Positions 59,888 to 62,828 of a DNA stretch of 62,828 nucleotides are shown in pieces. A program made the translations under genes and the position numbers. The stretch is from positions 23,142,764-23,205,591 of the forward strand of contig NC_069006.1 of the NCBI RefSeq assembly GCF_001194135.2. Reading direction: 5' to 3'. Each line of letters begins with the position of its first letter. Within the stretch, counting starts at the first letter, position 1. This stretch comes from Octopus bimaculoides. Its lineage: Eukaryota. The notes under the pieces are model-generated. The model saw only the letters and a program-made list of their open reading frames with translations. It did not search any database and had not been told where the DNA came from.

Positions 59888-60692
59888 TCTTAGTCTATTT
59901 CTACCTCATCCTCTTCATTTTCCACGTGATACAAACGTCTGGGAAAATCCTAACTCATTTACTAACATCGCTCATTCGCTGAGTCATTCCCTCACTCACT
60001 CACTGTCACGCTCATTCACTCATTCATATAACTCATTCATTCCTTCACTCGCACAATCACTCCCTCGTTCACTTCTTCGTTCATTCGCCAACAAATACGC
60101 TTATTATTATCAATTTACACACACATAAACACGTATACACACATACACACGTACACACACATACACACGTACATACACATACACACGTATACGTACACAC
60201 ACACAAACACATACACATAAACATATATACACACACGCACGCCCAAACATATGCACATGTATAATACACACACAAACATACACACGTAAACACATATACA
60301 CACGTATACGCACACACATACGCATACACCCCCCCCCCCNNNNNNNNNNNNNNNNNNNNNNNNNNNNNNNNNNNNNNNNNNNNNNNNNNNNNNNNNNNNN
60401 NNNNNNNNNNNNNNNNNNNNNNNNNNNNNNNNNNNNNNNNNNNNNNNNNNNNNNNNNNNNNNNNNNNNNNNNNNNNNNNNNNNNNNNNNNNNNNNNNNNN
60501 ACACACACACCTACTATCTTCCAAGTAACACGCAAGCACAGCCACATACGCGCAGTCTATGGAATACCTCAGCGATGAGGGGAAACACCTTACGAGAACT
60601 ATGACGTCATCGATCACGTGAACTGGGGAAACATTAAAAAAAACAGAGATGAAGCAAAAATTGAACGAACCCCAAAAATGGAAATGGAGGAA

Positions 60693-60752
<60 letters not shown>

Positions 60753-60953
60753 GTTTCCGTCTACCAACTGTACTCGATGTATATATATGTATGTATATAT
60801 ATATATGTGTGTAATGACAGACACGCACACAGATAAGGAGATACATGCATTCACATACACGCATATATGTGCGCACACACATGCATTCCTATGTACGCTC
60901 TCACATACACACATTCGAATATAGACATCCAGGCACTCCTAAATATATATACA

Positions 60954-60984
<31 letters not shown>

Positions 60985-61826
60985 NNNNNNNNNNNNNNNN
61001 NNNNNNNNNNNNNNNNNNNNNNNNNNNNNNNNNNNNNNNNNNNNNNNNNNNNNNNNNNNNNNNNNNNNNNNNNNNNNNNNNNNNNNNNNNNNNNNNNNNN
61101 NNNNNNNNNNNNNNNNNNNNNNNNNNNNNNNNNNNNNNNNNNNNNNNNNNNNNNNNNNNNNNNNNNNNNNNNNNNNNNNNNNNNNNNNNNNNNNNNNNNN
61201 NNNNNNNNNNNNNNNNNNNNNNNNNNNNNNNNNNNNNNNNNNNNNNNNNNNNNNNNNNNNNNNNNNNNNNNNNNNNNNNNNNNNNNNNNNNNNNNNNNNN
61301 NNNNNNNNNNNNNNNNNNNNNNNNNNNNNNNNNNNNNNNNNNNNNNNNNNNNNNNNNNNNNNNNNNNNNNNNNNNNNNNNNNNNNNNNNNNNNNNNNNNN
61401 NNNNNNNNNNNNNNNNNNNNNNNNNNNNNNNNNNNNNNNNNNNNNNNNNNNNNNNNNNNNNNNNNNNNNNNNNNNNNNNNNNNNNNNNNNNNNNNNNNNN
61501 NNNNNNNNNNNNNNNNNNNNNNNNNNNNNNNNNNNNNNNNNNNNNNNNNNNNNNNNNNNNNNNNNNNNNNNNNNNNNNNNNNNNNNNNNNNNNNNNNNNN
61601 NNNNNNNNNNNNNNNNNNNNNNNNNNNNNNNNNNNNNNNNNNNNNNNNNNNNNNNNNNNNNNNNNNNNNNNNNNNNNNNNNNNNNNNNNNNNNNNNNNNN
61701 NNNNNNNNNNNNNNNNNNNNNNNNNNNNNNNNNNNNNNNNNNNNNNNNNNNNNNNNNNNNNNNNNNNNNNNNNNNNNNNNNNNNNNNNNNNNNNNNNNNN
61801 NNNNNNTATATATATATATATATATA

Positions 61827-62051
61827 TTGGGTTGGTGCATAGTTATAGCGGCTTTTATTCAACAAATGCTTAACAAAAACATCTTTGAATGACGGTCTGA
61901 CCGTCTGCCAAGCAAATGGGAAACAGTAATTGAAGTAGATGGTGAATATGCTCCGGAATAATCATTTAAAGATGTTTCTGTTACATGTTGTTATTGTTTT
62001 TGTCGAATAAAATTTGTTGAAAAAAGCCGCAATAAGTATGCACCAACCCAA
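61827..62051 (+). mobile_element. Mariner-derived MITE (225 bp) with TA target-site duplication
   Basis: TA|TTGGGTTGGTGCATAGTTATAGCGGCTTTT ... AAAAGCCGCAATAAGTATGCACCAACCCAA|TA. The internal frame DRLPSKWETVIEVDGEY matches the mariner transposase C-terminus. Confidence 0.9.
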
Positions 62052-62502
62052 TATATACAATATAGGCGCAGGAGGGGCAAGAAACTTGCTTCCCAACCAC
62101 ATGGTTCTGTGCAAGTGTCTTCTACTGTAACCTCGGGATGACAAAAGTCTTGTTAGACGGAAACTGAAAGAAGCCGGTCGTATATGTGTGTGTGTGTGTA
62201 TGTGTGTGTGTGTGCATGTATGTATACATGTGTGTGTACGTATGTATATATATATATACACACACATATATAGTGAAAAATGATAGACACATATATATTA
62301 GTACATATTTACATTCTCATAGAAATGCATACATACAGACATACGGACAGACAGACAGACAGACAGACATTTATGAACATCCATGCACGCATTACATAAA
62401 CATATGCATTCACACACATATATGTACATATACACACAAGTACGTTCATGCACTTACATCCACACGCTCCATCCTCACTCTTATACACACCCCACACATT
62501 CT

Positions 62503-62537
<35 letters not shown>

Positions 62538-62725
62538 TGGAAGACTGACAAATGCAGAGGCTAAAAGAATGAGAGACAACTTTGTCAGATCACGTGTCCG
62601 ACACAGGAGGAGTTACGCTTCGCTTACACATTATCCGGAAAGACTCGTATGTGTGCGTGCGCGCGCGTGCATCTACATCTGTTGGTAGTTGTCTTCATCT
62701 AACTGTTGTTCCTGTTGCCCATATC

Positions 62726-62782
<57 letters not shown>

Positions 62783-62828
62783 TTTTTATTTAAAAATTTA
62801 TTTCTATAACTGAACTAATATATATATA

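Larger units (their letters stand above)
2317..61806. other. Twelve assembly gaps (N runs), mostly flanked by microsatellites
   Basis: 2317-2680, 6910-7009, 23837-24243, 28378-28387, 41869-41878, 43451-44031, 48647-49266, 51530-52211, 53114-53603, 58934-59247, 60340-60500 and 60985-61806. Confidence 0.95.

Noticed and set aside
60575-60700. Frame reading PYENYDVIDHVNWGNIKKNRDEAK
   Set aside because: It is preceded by an in-frame stop, has no acceptor, and runs into (CA)n.
48576-62809. Dozens of long ORFs in the track (poly-X, CVCV, HTHT, YIYI, SLSL, YLSI)
   Set aside because: They are translations of N gaps and microsatellites, with no coding complexity.

Overview
This is eukaryotic, repeat-rich genomic DNA with 12 assembly gaps. 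The SINE families, microsatellite load and gene style suggest an octopus or other coleoid cephalopod; that is an inference from recalled repeat patterns, not a database result. Most ORF-track entries are microsatellite or gap artefacts. I assembled the real coding content by hand from splice signals. (1) There is a tandem pair of GPI-anchored Ly6/uPAR three-finger (quiver/lynx-like) genes on +: the last exon of one paralog (884-1116) and a complete 3-exon, 163-aa gene (5010-5052, 6321-6497, 7659-7930). (2) There is a complete 15-coding-exon golgin-160 (GOLGA3) orthologue on - (31759 to 19286, about 1723 aa). Mobile DNA includes a decayed Merlin (IS1595-like) transposase, two Tc1/mariner-derived MITEs with intact TIRs, several tRNA-derived SINE families and a foldback element with a telomere-repeat palindrome. 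The most interesting unexplained structures are two decayed Penelope-type hammerhead ribozyme motifs, a 370-nt foldback upstream of GOLGA3, a pre-miRNA-like hairpin at 57206-57268, a candidate spliced 42-45 aa micropeptide gene at 9.5-12.3 kb, and coding-like exon fragments flanking the gap at 43.4-44.1 kb.
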